Source of the DNA: Candidatus Eiseniibacteriota bacterium
Lineage (GTDB): Bacteria > Eisenbacteria > RBG-16-71-46 > DASYSL01
Reading direction: 5' to 3'
DNA: 48,459 nucleotides
Assembly: GCA_031431875.1 (NCBI GenBank)
Contig: JANPEF010000023.1
Coordinates: 1 to 48,459, forward strand
Of this stretch, positions 1 to 8,199 are shown in pieces (position 1 is the first letter of the stretch; each line of letters starts with the position of its first letter). The notes beneath the pieces are model-generated. The model was not told where the DNA came from and made no database searches. It saw only the letters and a list, made by a program, of their open reading frames with translations. A program made the position numbers and the translations under genes.

Positions 1-1
1 G

Positions 2-211
2 GGTGCCGATTGCGGTGGTGTCGAAGTGCCGGTTTGCGCTCACTTCACGTCGACGGCCTGGATCGAGCTGGCCACCGGCGTCGAATTCGAGTGGGCGAAG
101 AACAGCGAGTTCGTCACGGCGAACGACCCGAACAACGATACCCGTTGCCCGGGTGCGACGCCGGCCGCGAACACCTCGTGGGGCGCGATCAAGGCGCAGT
201 ACAAGCGCTAG
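2..211 (+). CDS. 3' end of a secreted Cys-containing protein with C-terminal SWGAIKAQYKR tail (partial; paralogue of 761..1501)
   Basis: Frame is open from the window edge. GADCGGVEVPVC...WIELATGVEF...CPGATPAANTSWGAIKAQYKR* aligns by eye with the C-terminus of the next gene (GADCGGVEQPVC...FIELSTGIEF...CPASPAQSTTWGAIKNQYRN*). Confidence 0.85.
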   Translation, partial: GADCGGVEVPVCAHFTSTAWIELATGVEFEWAKNSEFVTANDPNNDTRCPGATPAANTSWGAIKAQYKR

Positions 212-243
212 AGCCCGACGAATCCGGTTGTACGCAGGTGCAA

Positions 244-284
244 AAATGGCGAGGGGGTGGCGCGAGCCACCCCCTTCGTCATTT
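244..284 (+). terminator. Probable intrinsic terminator hairpin
   Basis: aaatggcgagggggtgg-cgcgag-ccacccccttcgtcattt imperfect inverted repeat just after the stop at 211. Confidence 0.7.
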
Positions 285-632
285 CCGGGCGGCCGGGCGG
301 AAGCTCGCCAGCGCGCCGGCCGGATCCGAGCCGGCCGAATCGCCCCGCCGACCGAGTCGCCCCGTTCCGACCACCCGTGCGGCGGCACGGGTGCGCCCGA
401 TCCTTCCGTATGCCAACCGGATAGCCGCGCCTGCCCGCATCCCGACCGGCCCGGACCCGGCTCGGGCCCGCCCCGGTCCCGATCTTGCTACAGAGGTCAG
501 CGGGATTCGCTCTCGTCGAGGGACCGGCGCGGCGGACTCCGCAGGCTCAGGCGTGTCGCTCAGGGAGCGTGCGATCGCCGGAACCGGCTGGCCGACAAGG
601 AGGTAGTGCCGGTCGGAAACGGATATTTCCTG

Positions 633-661
633 TTGCCCGACCCGCTCGCTTGACCTACTCT
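633..661 (+). promoter_or_regulatory. Candidate sigma70-type promoter for 761..1501
   Basis: TTGCCC-17 bp-TACTCT about 100 nt upstream of a GGAGG RBS and ATG at 761. Confidence 0.4.
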
Positions 662-760
662 CGCCGTACGAATTCCAGCGGGAACTCGTGCGGCTTGGAC
701 GGGACGGGGGTGGGCTCGGCTCACCGCCGACGTGTGTTGATCATGTTCGAGGAGGGATCC

Positions 761-1501
761 ATGCGGAAACTGCTAACGACGATGTCCGCGCTGGCCGCGC
801 TCGCTCTCGCGGTGCCGGTCCAGGCGGCCGACGGTACGTACAATCTGAACTGGGACACCTGCACGGGGCCGATCGACAAGACGGTCGTGGCGGCCCAGAC
901 CCCGGTCAACCTGTATGCTTCGGTGATCGGCCTTGATGTGCCCAACTCGGGGTACCTGGTGCAGGTCATCTTCGGAAACAGCAGCACGACGAACGTCGCG
1001 GATGCGTGGCGCTTCGACGCTCCGGGCTGTCAGGGCTCGTCCTTCGCCACGATCAATAATCTGGCGCCGGCGGCCGTGGTCAAGACCTGCCCGTCGTTGC
1101 AGGGCACGCTGCAGGCGCTCCAGATCAAGGACATCAGCAAGGTCAGCACCACCGCGGATCCGTATGACGGTGATTACCTGCGGGCGACGCTCGCGAACGC
1201 GTATCCGGATGGCGTCACGGCGCCCAACCCGGCGACGCGCTACTTCCTGATGAACATCCTGTTCGACCACACGTTCTCCGTCGCCGGTCTGACGACGCCG
1301 GGCGCGGATTGCGGTGGCGTCGAGCAGCCGGTCTGCTTCGCGACGACCGCTTCCAGTTTCATCGAGCTGAGCACCGGAATCGAGTTCAACTTCGGTGGGA
1401 GTGGCAACCGCGGCGTGACCGTGAACGGTTCCGCCGGATGCCCGGCGTCTCCGGCGCAGAGCACGACGTGGGGCGCAATCAAGAACCAGTACCGCAACTA
1501 G
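761..1501 (+). CDS. Secreted hypothetical protein (signal peptide, several Cys, C-terminal TWGAIKNQYRN tail)
   Basis: GGAGG RBS before ATG 761; signal peptide MRKLLTTMSALAALALAVPVQA; normal high-GC codon bias; followed by a terminator. Confidence 0.85.
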   Translation: MRKLLTTMSALAALALAVPVQAADGTYNLNWDTCTGPIDKTVVAAQTPVNLYASVIGLDVPNSGYLVQVIFGNSSTTNVADAWRFDAPGCQGSSFATINNLAPAAVVKTCPSLQGTLQALQIKDISKVSTTADPYDGDYLRATLANAYPDGVTAPNPATRYFLMNILFDHTFSVAGLTTPGADCGGVEQPVCFATTASSFIELSTGIEFNFGGSGNRGVTVNGSAGCPASPAQSTTWGAIKNQYRN

Positions 1502-1538
1502 CGCATCGCGCAAGCGGCGCCACCAGAACAGCAACGAC

Positions 1539-1567
1539 GAAGGGGCGGCCGCGCGGTCGCCCCTTTC
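1539..1567 (+). terminator. Intrinsic terminator, likely bidirectional
   Basis: gaaggggcggcc-gcgc-ggtcgccccttt hairpin between convergent genes. Confidence 0.75.
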
Positions 1568-1623
1568 GCTTGTGTCTTCTCCCCCGACGAGGCGTCCCCT
1601 GGTGACGCGATTCGGGCCGCGGG

Positions 1624-3402
1624 CTACTCCGGCCAGATCCCGCCGTCGCCGATCGCCGCGTCGACGCGCTCGGGAAACATCTGGACGTGGGCCGCCTCGC
1701 GCAGGGCAGCGAGGCGCGCCACCAGGAGGCGCTCACTCTCCGAGATCCGCCAGTCGCGCTCCACCATCGGGCGGGCCTCCTCGTACGCGCGGCGGATCTC
1801 GGGCTCCTTCTTCTCGATCTTCCACAGGACCCAGCCCTCGGGCGTGGCCTCGGGACCGCCAACCTGCCCGAGCGCGGTCGCGAACATCGCGTCCTCGAGC
1901 CCGGCATTCTTCTGGCTCCCGCGATACACCAGGCCGGCCTTGCCCCCTTCAGGGCCGCTCTCAGCGTCGGTCGAGAAGTCCCGGGCGAGTTGATCGAAGG
2001 ACGCGCCCTGGTCGAGGCGGGCGCGCAGCGAGTCGGCCAGCGACCGGCGCTCGACGACGATGATTCGCGACTCCATCGACGCGCGATCGTTGTAGTGCTC
2101 GGGGTCCTTCTTCCACGCGGCATGGATCGCCTTCTCGTCGAGCTTCACCTTGCCTTCGATCTCCTCGGCGAAGAACGCGTCGAGCGCCTTCCCCTCGCGC
2201 ATCTCGGCGACCGCATGGAGCACGGCAGGATCGCGGTCCAGCCCTTCGCGGACGCCCCGCTTGAGGATCTCCGGATCGAGCACGACACGATCGACCGCGG
2301 CCTCGAGCGAGGCGCGCTCGCGGATCTCCGGGCGGGTGAACGACGGGACCATGGTCCAGAAGCGGACGTACTCGAGCAGAGTGATCCGTCGATCGCGGGT
2401 GCGGGCGATCACCTTGCCGGTGTCGGCGGCGGTGAAGACGGGCAGCGGAAGATTGGGGCGCATGACGGGGACACCGGTGACCGAGTCGACGTCGTTGCGC
2501 GGCGGGATGCGCAGGTGGGCCGCGAGCACGAAGGCCATCGTCTCCTCGTCGAACGTGCGACCGACTTCCGCCGCCAGGGACTGGCGGAGTCCTTCGCGGA
2601 TCCGGTCGGACTCGAGGCGCTGGTACTCCGCGGCGAGCCCGAGGTTGTCGCCCCCGCTGATCCGGTTCGGCCGTGCCTGGTAGCTCTTGAGATGCAGCAT
2701 CATCGGCTCGCCGCCGAAGGTGAGAACGGCGCTCAACTGCCCCGGATGCAGGGCCCAGATGATGCGGGCAAGCGTGTCGGGGATCTGCTCGGCGGCCAGC
2801 AGGCGAAACGTGTCCACGACGGCGAGGGCGGCGCCCTCGCGCGCGACGGCCGTCTCGAACGCGGACATGGGTGTCCCGGTCGTCAGGCGTTGCCGCCACG
2901 AGCGGGCCCGATCATGATCGGCAAACGTGATGAAGCGGGCGGTCGCGAGCTGACGCTGCCGTCGATCGAAGATGTCGAGGTCCTCGGGGGTCGGCTCGGG
3001 CAGGTTCGCGGTGAGACGTGCGAACAGTTGATTCTGGATCATGCGATCCCGCGCGCGGTCGATCTCGCGCTGTTGCTCCGGCGTCGGGGTGAACGGCCTC
3101 CGCGCGACCTCGCGGGCCAGAAGCTTGCGATCGACCACACTCGCCAGGAATGTCTGCCGCGATTCCTCCTTCGTTCCCGGCGGACGCTGCTGCGGTGTGA
3201 GGCGAAGCCACGCGATCTGGAACTCGCGCGGGAAGACGCCGCCACCAGCGAAGAGGGCGAGCGCCGAGTCTGCCGCCCCCGCGGGCAGCGCGTCGGGTGG
3301 GGTCGCTCCCGGTGCGGGGGCGGGCGCGAGGACCAGAGCGCCCACGAGCCCGAGCGCGGCGAGGCCCGCACGGGCGGAGAAGCAGGAGGACGAACGGATC
3401 AT
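1624..3402 (-). CDS. SurA/PpiC (parvulin)-type peptidyl-prolyl isomerase / exported chaperone
   Basis: Signal peptide; helical SurA-like segments (FLASVVDRKLLAREV); parvulin motif GASFDQLARDFSTDAESGPEGGKAG...GQVGGPEATPEGW; ATGA overlap with the upstream gene. Confidence 0.8.
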   Translation of the reverse strand: MIRSSSCFSARAGLAALGLVGALVLAPAPAPGATPPDALPAGAADSALALFAGGGVFPREFQIAWLRLTPQQRPPGTKEESRQTFLASVVDRKLLAREVARRPFTPTPEQQREIDRARDRMIQNQLFARLTANLPEPTPEDLDIFDRRQRQLATARFITFADHDRARSWRQRLTTGTPMSAFETAVAREGAALAVVDTFRLLAAEQIPDTLARIIWALHPGQLSAVLTFGGEPMMLHLKSYQARPNRISGGDNLGLAAEYQRLESDRIREGLRQSLAAEVGRTFDEETMAFVLAAHLRIPPRNDVDSVTGVPVMRPNLPLPVFTAADTGKVIARTRDRRITLLEYVRFWTMVPSFTRPEIRERASLEAAVDRVVLDPEILKRGVREGLDRDPAVLHAVAEMREGKALDAFFAEEIEGKVKLDEKAIHAAWKKDPEHYNDRASMESRIIVVERRSLADSLRARLDQGASFDQLARDFSTDAESGPEGGKAGLVYRGSQKNAGLEDAMFATALGQVGGPEATPEGWVLWKIEKKEPEIRRAYEEARPMVERDWRISESERLLVARLAALREAAHVQMFPERVDAAIGDGGIWPE

Positions 3403-6400
3403 TGGATGGTCCCCGTCGTGGTGAGTTGGGTGAGGGCCGTCTGGACGGCGGCCCGATCGGTAACCTGGCCCAGGGCCTGGTCGAGGACGAGGCGGGCTTC
3501 GTGGGGGCGGGCCGTGAGGGCAAGCGCGCGGGCGCGGAACACCCAGGCCCCTGCTTCGCGGGGGCGCACCTGGTTGGCGCGCGCGAACCAGGCGATGCCG
3601 TCGGCGGCGCGGTTGTCACGCAGGGCGAGGATCGCCAGGTTGGTATACGCCTGGTAGCGGTCATCGTCGTTGCCCAGGGCGCTCGCTCGCTCGAGCATCG
3701 CCTGCGCCGCGGCCGTGCTGTCGACGCGCATGGAGACGCGGGCGCGCTCGATGAGCGCGGGGGCCGAACGCGGCTGCTCGGCGAGGATCGCGTCGAGAAT
3801 GCGTCGTGCACCGTCGACGTCGTTGCCTTCGAGCGCCTGGCGGGCCTGCATCAGGCGGCTGTCGAGATCGCGCTTGCGGGCGCTGGCCTGCAGGGCTGTC
3901 ATCAGCGGGCCGCCGCGCGCCGGATCGCGGGCCATGAGCGCTGCGAGCCAGCGGTTTGCGCCGGCCAGGTCGCCCTTGGCCATCAGGCTGTTGGTGACCT
4001 CCATGGCGAGCTCGATCGGCGGGGCGCCGGTCGTCCAGAGGGACAGCGCGTCGACCGGGTCGACATCGCGCACGGACTGCTCGGTGAACGGCAGCTCCGA
4101 CGGCAGGACGGAATAGAAGTCGATCGGCGCGCGGTACTCGACGAACGGCCGGTCGTCGACGTTGAACGGCGCTTCGGGCAGCCGGCTCACCAGCACCGAG
4201 AGCGCGCCCTGGTGCATGGCCACGAGGTCGGCCGGGACGCGCACGTCGGCGCGGGCGATGTCGGTCGCGAGCTTTGGCCGGCGCAGGCGCGTGGCGACCG
4301 TCCGCACGTCGAGCGGGCGACCGTCCTGCGTGGCGACGAACAGCAGGTCACGCCCGGCGAGGAACACCTGTGCATTGGGGAACACCTCGTTCAGGCTGCG
4401 CACCAGGGACGCCAGGGTGACGCCCGACATCTCGTAGAACTGCATCCACTGGCAGAACACGCCGCCGGGCGCGAGGCGGCGCTTGACCAGGCGATAGAAG
4501 TCGACGGTGAACAGGTTGTTCACGCCGGCGAGCCACGGATTCGACGGCTCGGAGACGATCACGTCGTACGGGCGAGCGGAATGGGCGATGAACGTGCGCC
4601 CGTCCTCGACGTGCAGCTTGAGGCGCGGGTCGGACATCGGATCGTTGTTGTAGGGCCTGAAGAACTCGTCGGCGGCCAATACCGCGGGCTCGATCTCGAC
4701 CACGTCCAGGGTGGCCAGCGGGTGGGTGAGGACGCTGCCCACGGTCACTCCCGAGCCGTAGCCGACGATGGCCACGCGTGCCGAGTCGGGGGCCCACATC
4801 ATGGGGATCTGCCCGGCCAGGATCTGCGTCTTCATGTCGAGGCTGGTGCTCGCGTCGGTCTTGCCGTTGACGCGCAGGGCGATGATCGGCGGATCGGTCT
4901 TGGTGCGATGGACGGTGACGGTGGCCTGGCGGCCCTCCTTGAACATGAGCAGCTCTTCCATCGCCATCTGGTCGCGCAGCGACTGGCGCGCGGCCGCGGG
5001 CGAGAGGCTTTGTTCGGCCGAGGTCGCCACCAGGGGGCGGAACACGCCGATCGCGAGCAGCCCGCGATTCCACGCCGGCGTGAAGAACGCGGCGACGACG
5101 AACGAGGCGAGCACGAGCGCCGGCACGGCGATCTTCTCGATGGGCGCGCCCTCGGGAATCGACGACTTCTTGCGTGGCCGCACCGGCGCGGCGAACCACG
5201 CGATGCAGCCGATCAGCAGCGCGACCGCAGCGACGGCGAGCAGCGTGCCGCGCATGCCGATGGCGCCGACGAGCACGAAGCCGGCGAGCAACGAGCCGGT
5301 GATCGTGCCGAGCGTGTTCCAGCCGTAGGCGCGACCGGTGGTGCGCCCGGGCGTGTCGTCGGGGAAGGCCGACAGGCGCGTGGCCACGGGGAACATGGCG
5401 CCGAAGGCGAGGCACGCCGGCAGCATGAAGCCCGCCAGGAGCAGGCTCTCCTGGATCCACAGCCACTGCACGCGGCCGTGCGCCGCGATGACGTGGCCGA
5501 GCAGCGACCACGGAGCGTCGGCGATGCGGATCGAGGCGTAGAGGATCCCCGCCGCCGCGATCCACTGCAGCACGGCATAGAGGCGCCACGAGGGGCCCTT
5601 GCGCGTGAGCCATGGCACGACCAGCGCCGCCCCGGCGGCGATCCCGACGAGGAATGTGGCGAGCACGAGGGTGAACGAGTAGACCGACGAGCCGAGCAGG
5701 ATCGCGCCGACGCGCGACCACGCGATCTGCACCGACAACGACACGGCGCCCGACAACGCGAAGAGCAGGAGCATGAGCTGCGGCCGGTGGTGCGCGGCGA
5801 CGGCGGTGGCGGCGGGCGTGGGCTGCGCTGCCACCGCCGCCGCCGCTGGCGTCGTGCTCTCGTTGAGCGAGCGCGAGACCAGCGTCATGACCACGCCGAG
5901 CGCCAGGCTGATGCCGCCGGCAAGGAACGCCGTGCGGCTGAGCCCGATCGCCGGCAGGAGCGCAAAGCCGGCGGCCAGCGTGCCGGCCACCGCACCCGCG
6001 GTGTTGACCGCGTAGAGCGTGCCGAGCACGCGCGCGAGTTCGGCGCGGCGCGATCCCCACGAGACGAGGATGGGTAGCGTCGCACCCATCAGGGTCGTGG
6101 GAATGAGCAGCAGCGCGAAGGTGGCGGCGAAGCGGATCGCCGCGTAGAGCGGGCTCTGGGCGCCGAACGCCTCGTAGGCGGCGCCAAGCGGAGCTTCGAG
6201 GGCCTTGATCAGGAACGGCGAGGCGATGCCGAAGAGCCCGATCCCGATCTCGAGCAGGCCGTAGGCCCGCACGGGTCGGCGATCCCCCAGGCCGTGGCGG
6301 CCGGCCAGGGACGCGCCGAGCGCGAGACCGCCCATGTAGGCGGCGACGACGGTCGTGATCGCCTCGAGCGTGTTGCCCAGCACGTGGCCCAGGGCCTTGC

Positions 6401-6473
6401 TCCAGACGACCTCGAGCATGAGACTCGAGGCCCCGGAAACAAAGAAGGCGAGGATCACGAACCAGCGAATCAT
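3399..6473 (-). CDS. Fused MFS-like multi-TM / spermidine-synthase-like SAM-binding protein with C-terminal TPRs
   Basis: N-terminal FFVSGASSLMLEVVW...LG and many TM segments; SAM motif VGYGSGVT, VEIEP, EDGR, DVIVSEPSNPW; helical TPR-like C-terminus. Confidence 0.85.
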   Translation of the reverse strand: MIRWFVILAFFVSGASSLMLEVVWSKALGHVLGNTLEAITTVVAAYMGGLALGASLAGRHGLGDRRPVRAYGLLEIGIGLFGIASPFLIKALEAPLGAAYEAFGAQSPLYAAIRFAATFALLLIPTTLMGATLPILVSWGSRRAELARVLGTLYAVNTAGAVAGTLAAGFALLPAIGLSRTAFLAGGISLALGVVMTLVSRSLNESTTPAAAAVAAQPTPAATAVAAHHRPQLMLLLFALSGAVSLSVQIAWSRVGAILLGSSVYSFTLVLATFLVGIAAGAALVVPWLTRKGPSWRLYAVLQWIAAAGILYASIRIADAPWSLLGHVIAAHGRVQWLWIQESLLLAGFMLPACLAFGAMFPVATRLSAFPDDTPGRTTGRAYGWNTLGTITGSLLAGFVLVGAIGMRGTLLAVAAVALLIGCIAWFAAPVRPRKKSSIPEGAPIEKIAVPALVLASFVVAAFFTPAWNRGLLAIGVFRPLVATSAEQSLSPAAARQSLRDQMAMEELLMFKEGRQATVTVHRTKTDPPIIALRVNGKTDASTSLDMKTQILAGQIPMMWAPDSARVAIVGYGSGVTVGSVLTHPLATLDVVEIEPAVLAADEFFRPYNNDPMSDPRLKLHVEDGRTFIAHSARPYDVIVSEPSNPWLAGVNNLFTVDFYRLVKRRLAPGGVFCQWMQFYEMSGVTLASLVRSLNEVFPNAQVFLAGRDLLFVATQDGRPLDVRTVATRLRRPKLATDIARADVRVPADLVAMHQGALSVLVSRLPEAPFNVDDRPFVEYRAPIDFYSVLPSELPFTEQSVRDVDPVDALSLWTTGAPPIELAMEVTNSLMAKGDLAGANRWLAALMARDPARGGPLMTALQASARKRDLDSRLMQARQALEGNDVDGARRILDAILAEQPRSAPALIERARVSMRVDSTAAAQAMLERASALGNDDDRYQAYTNLAILALRDNRAADGIAWFARANQVRPREAGAWVFRARALALTARPHEARLVLDQALGQVTDRAAVQTALTQLTTTGTIQ

Positions 6474-6513
6474 GCGGCAGCCTTTCGGTCGGGGAGCGGG
6501 GCGACGCGGCGCG

Positions 6514-7980
6514 TCAGGGTTCGAGCGTCAGCCGCGCGATGGCGCGGTCGTTGAGCGTGACCGGGAGCGCCTTGCGGGCGGCGGCCATCTGCGTGGTCAG
6601 GAGCGTCTCGGCCTGCTGCTCGGCGAGGTCGCGCGCGACGAACGTGCGCGCCTCCTCGAACGGGCGGATGCGCGCCGGGTTGCGGGCCACCAGCTGGACG
6701 ACGCGCTGGCCGCCGCGCGGGGACTCGTCGCGCACGAAGGCGCCGCCGGGGGCGAGCAACGCGAGTCGCGCCACCAGCGCCGAGTCCGCTGCGTCGTCGG
6801 CGACGGGAATGCTCTGCATGCAGTTCTCGCGCTCCTGGGGGTTGAGGGCGTTGCGCCCGCACAGCGAGTCCCAGGGGGTTCCCGCGGCGACGGCGGCGAC
6901 CAGCGAATCGGCGATCGCGCTCGTCGGCACGGTGAAGGTGTGCACGAGCGAGTGCGCCGCCACACCGAAGCGCGCCGGGTCCTTCGCATAGTGCGCGCGC
7001 ATCGCGGTCTCGCTGGTGTCGATCGCGGCCTTGACGTGGCGGGCATACCAGTGATCGAGCGCGACGCCCTCGCGGCGCTCGGCCAGCGCGGTCTGGACGG
7101 CGGGGCGGGAGCCGACGTGACGCCGTGGCACCTCGGCCTCGAACCACATCTGCCCGAGGAACTGCTCGCTGCGGGCCTTGACCGTCCCGACCGTGACCGG
7201 CAGGGGCGACTGGAACGGGTTGAGCATCGAGAAGCGACGGACGAACTCGCCGACGCTCAGGTCTCCGGCCGTCGAACCTGCGAGGACGCGGAGCGAGTCG
7301 GCCGCCGTGAGGTCCGGGCGGCGACCCCGCATCGCGGCGCGCATGGGGTCATTGAGGTTCGGCAGCCCCGAGTCGGCCGCGGCGTAGGCCCCGGCCAGGT
7401 GCTCGGCAACCGCCTCGTCGTAGGTGACTGCGAGACTGGCCTTGATGTTGGCGGCGAGCCCATCGGAGCGGCGGCGCTGGGCAAAGTCCTTCGCCACGCT
7501 CTCGATCGCCGTGGCCGGAATCGCGCTGCCGTCCGGCGGGGTGACCATGCGGGCCCGGGCGCTGTCGCGGTCGACGGGCAGCACGACCGCGCTGTCGACC
7601 ACCAGCATCGTGTACAGCTCCTGGAACTCGAGCTGGTTGCGGTAGGCGATGTAGCGGGCGGACTCTTCGGCGGTCATGACGAACGGCTCGGCCAGTGCCG
7701 CCTGGGCCATCGCCTCCTTCTCGAGGAGCTGCTCGACGAAGGCGCGGTTGAGGGCTTCGCCCTGGCCGGCGGGGCGGTAGGCCGGTTTCAGCCGGGCCCA
7801 CGAGGTCCGGGCGCCGTCGGCCGTGAGATCGCGCAGCGGAGTGCGGGCGAGGACCGAGTCCGGAAGTGTGCGACGGGACGGCGCGGCCGGAGCGGCCGGC
7901 GCGGTCGTGGCGCCGCTCGCGGCGAGGACGAGGATGAGGGCGAGCGGAATCGTCCGCACAACCGGGTGCGTGGCAGTCAT
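6514..7980 (-). CDS. Degenerate SurA/PpiC-like exported chaperone (paralogue of 1624..3402)
   Basis: ATG 7980 followed by a signal peptide. Blocks shared with 1624..3402: FVEQLLEKEAMA, LTAADSLRVLAG vs FTAADTGKVIAR, YAKDPARF vs WKKDPEHY, RPFEEAR vs RAYEEAR. Confidence 0.7.
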   Translation of the reverse strand: MTATHPVVRTIPLALILVLAASGATTAPAAPAAPSRRTLPDSVLARTPLRDLTADGARTSWARLKPAYRPAGQGEALNRAFVEQLLEKEAMAQAALAEPFVMTAEESARYIAYRNQLEFQELYTMLVVDSAVVLPVDRDSARARMVTPPDGSAIPATAIESVAKDFAQRRRSDGLAANIKASLAVTYDEAVAEHLAGAYAAADSGLPNLNDPMRAAMRGRRPDLTAADSLRVLAGSTAGDLSVGEFVRRFSMLNPFQSPLPVTVGTVKARSEQFLGQMWFEAEVPRRHVGSRPAVQTALAERREGVALDHWYARHVKAAIDTSETAMRAHYAKDPARFGVAAHSLVHTFTVPTSAIADSLVAAVAAGTPWDSLCGRNALNPQERENCMQSIPVADDAADSALVARLALLAPGGAFVRDESPRGGQRVVQLVARNPARIRPFEEARTFVARDLAEQQAETLLTTQMAAARKALPVTLNDRAIARLTLEP

Positions 7981-8199
7981 ACGAGAGCCGGGCCGCCTGG
8001 GGAGGTTTTCTCCTAAGTGGCCATCTGGATTGTGCTTAAATGCCAAGGATCCTCCGGGGGCGAGTGTGATCTCCATGATACCGCCCCGGGCGGACGCCGA
8101 CAATCCGATCCCTCGAACTCGACCGGCTTCACATGGGTATTACGGACCGATCGCTCCGTCCGTTCGACCGGTTCGCACCCCCTCGGGAGACTCCGTCGC

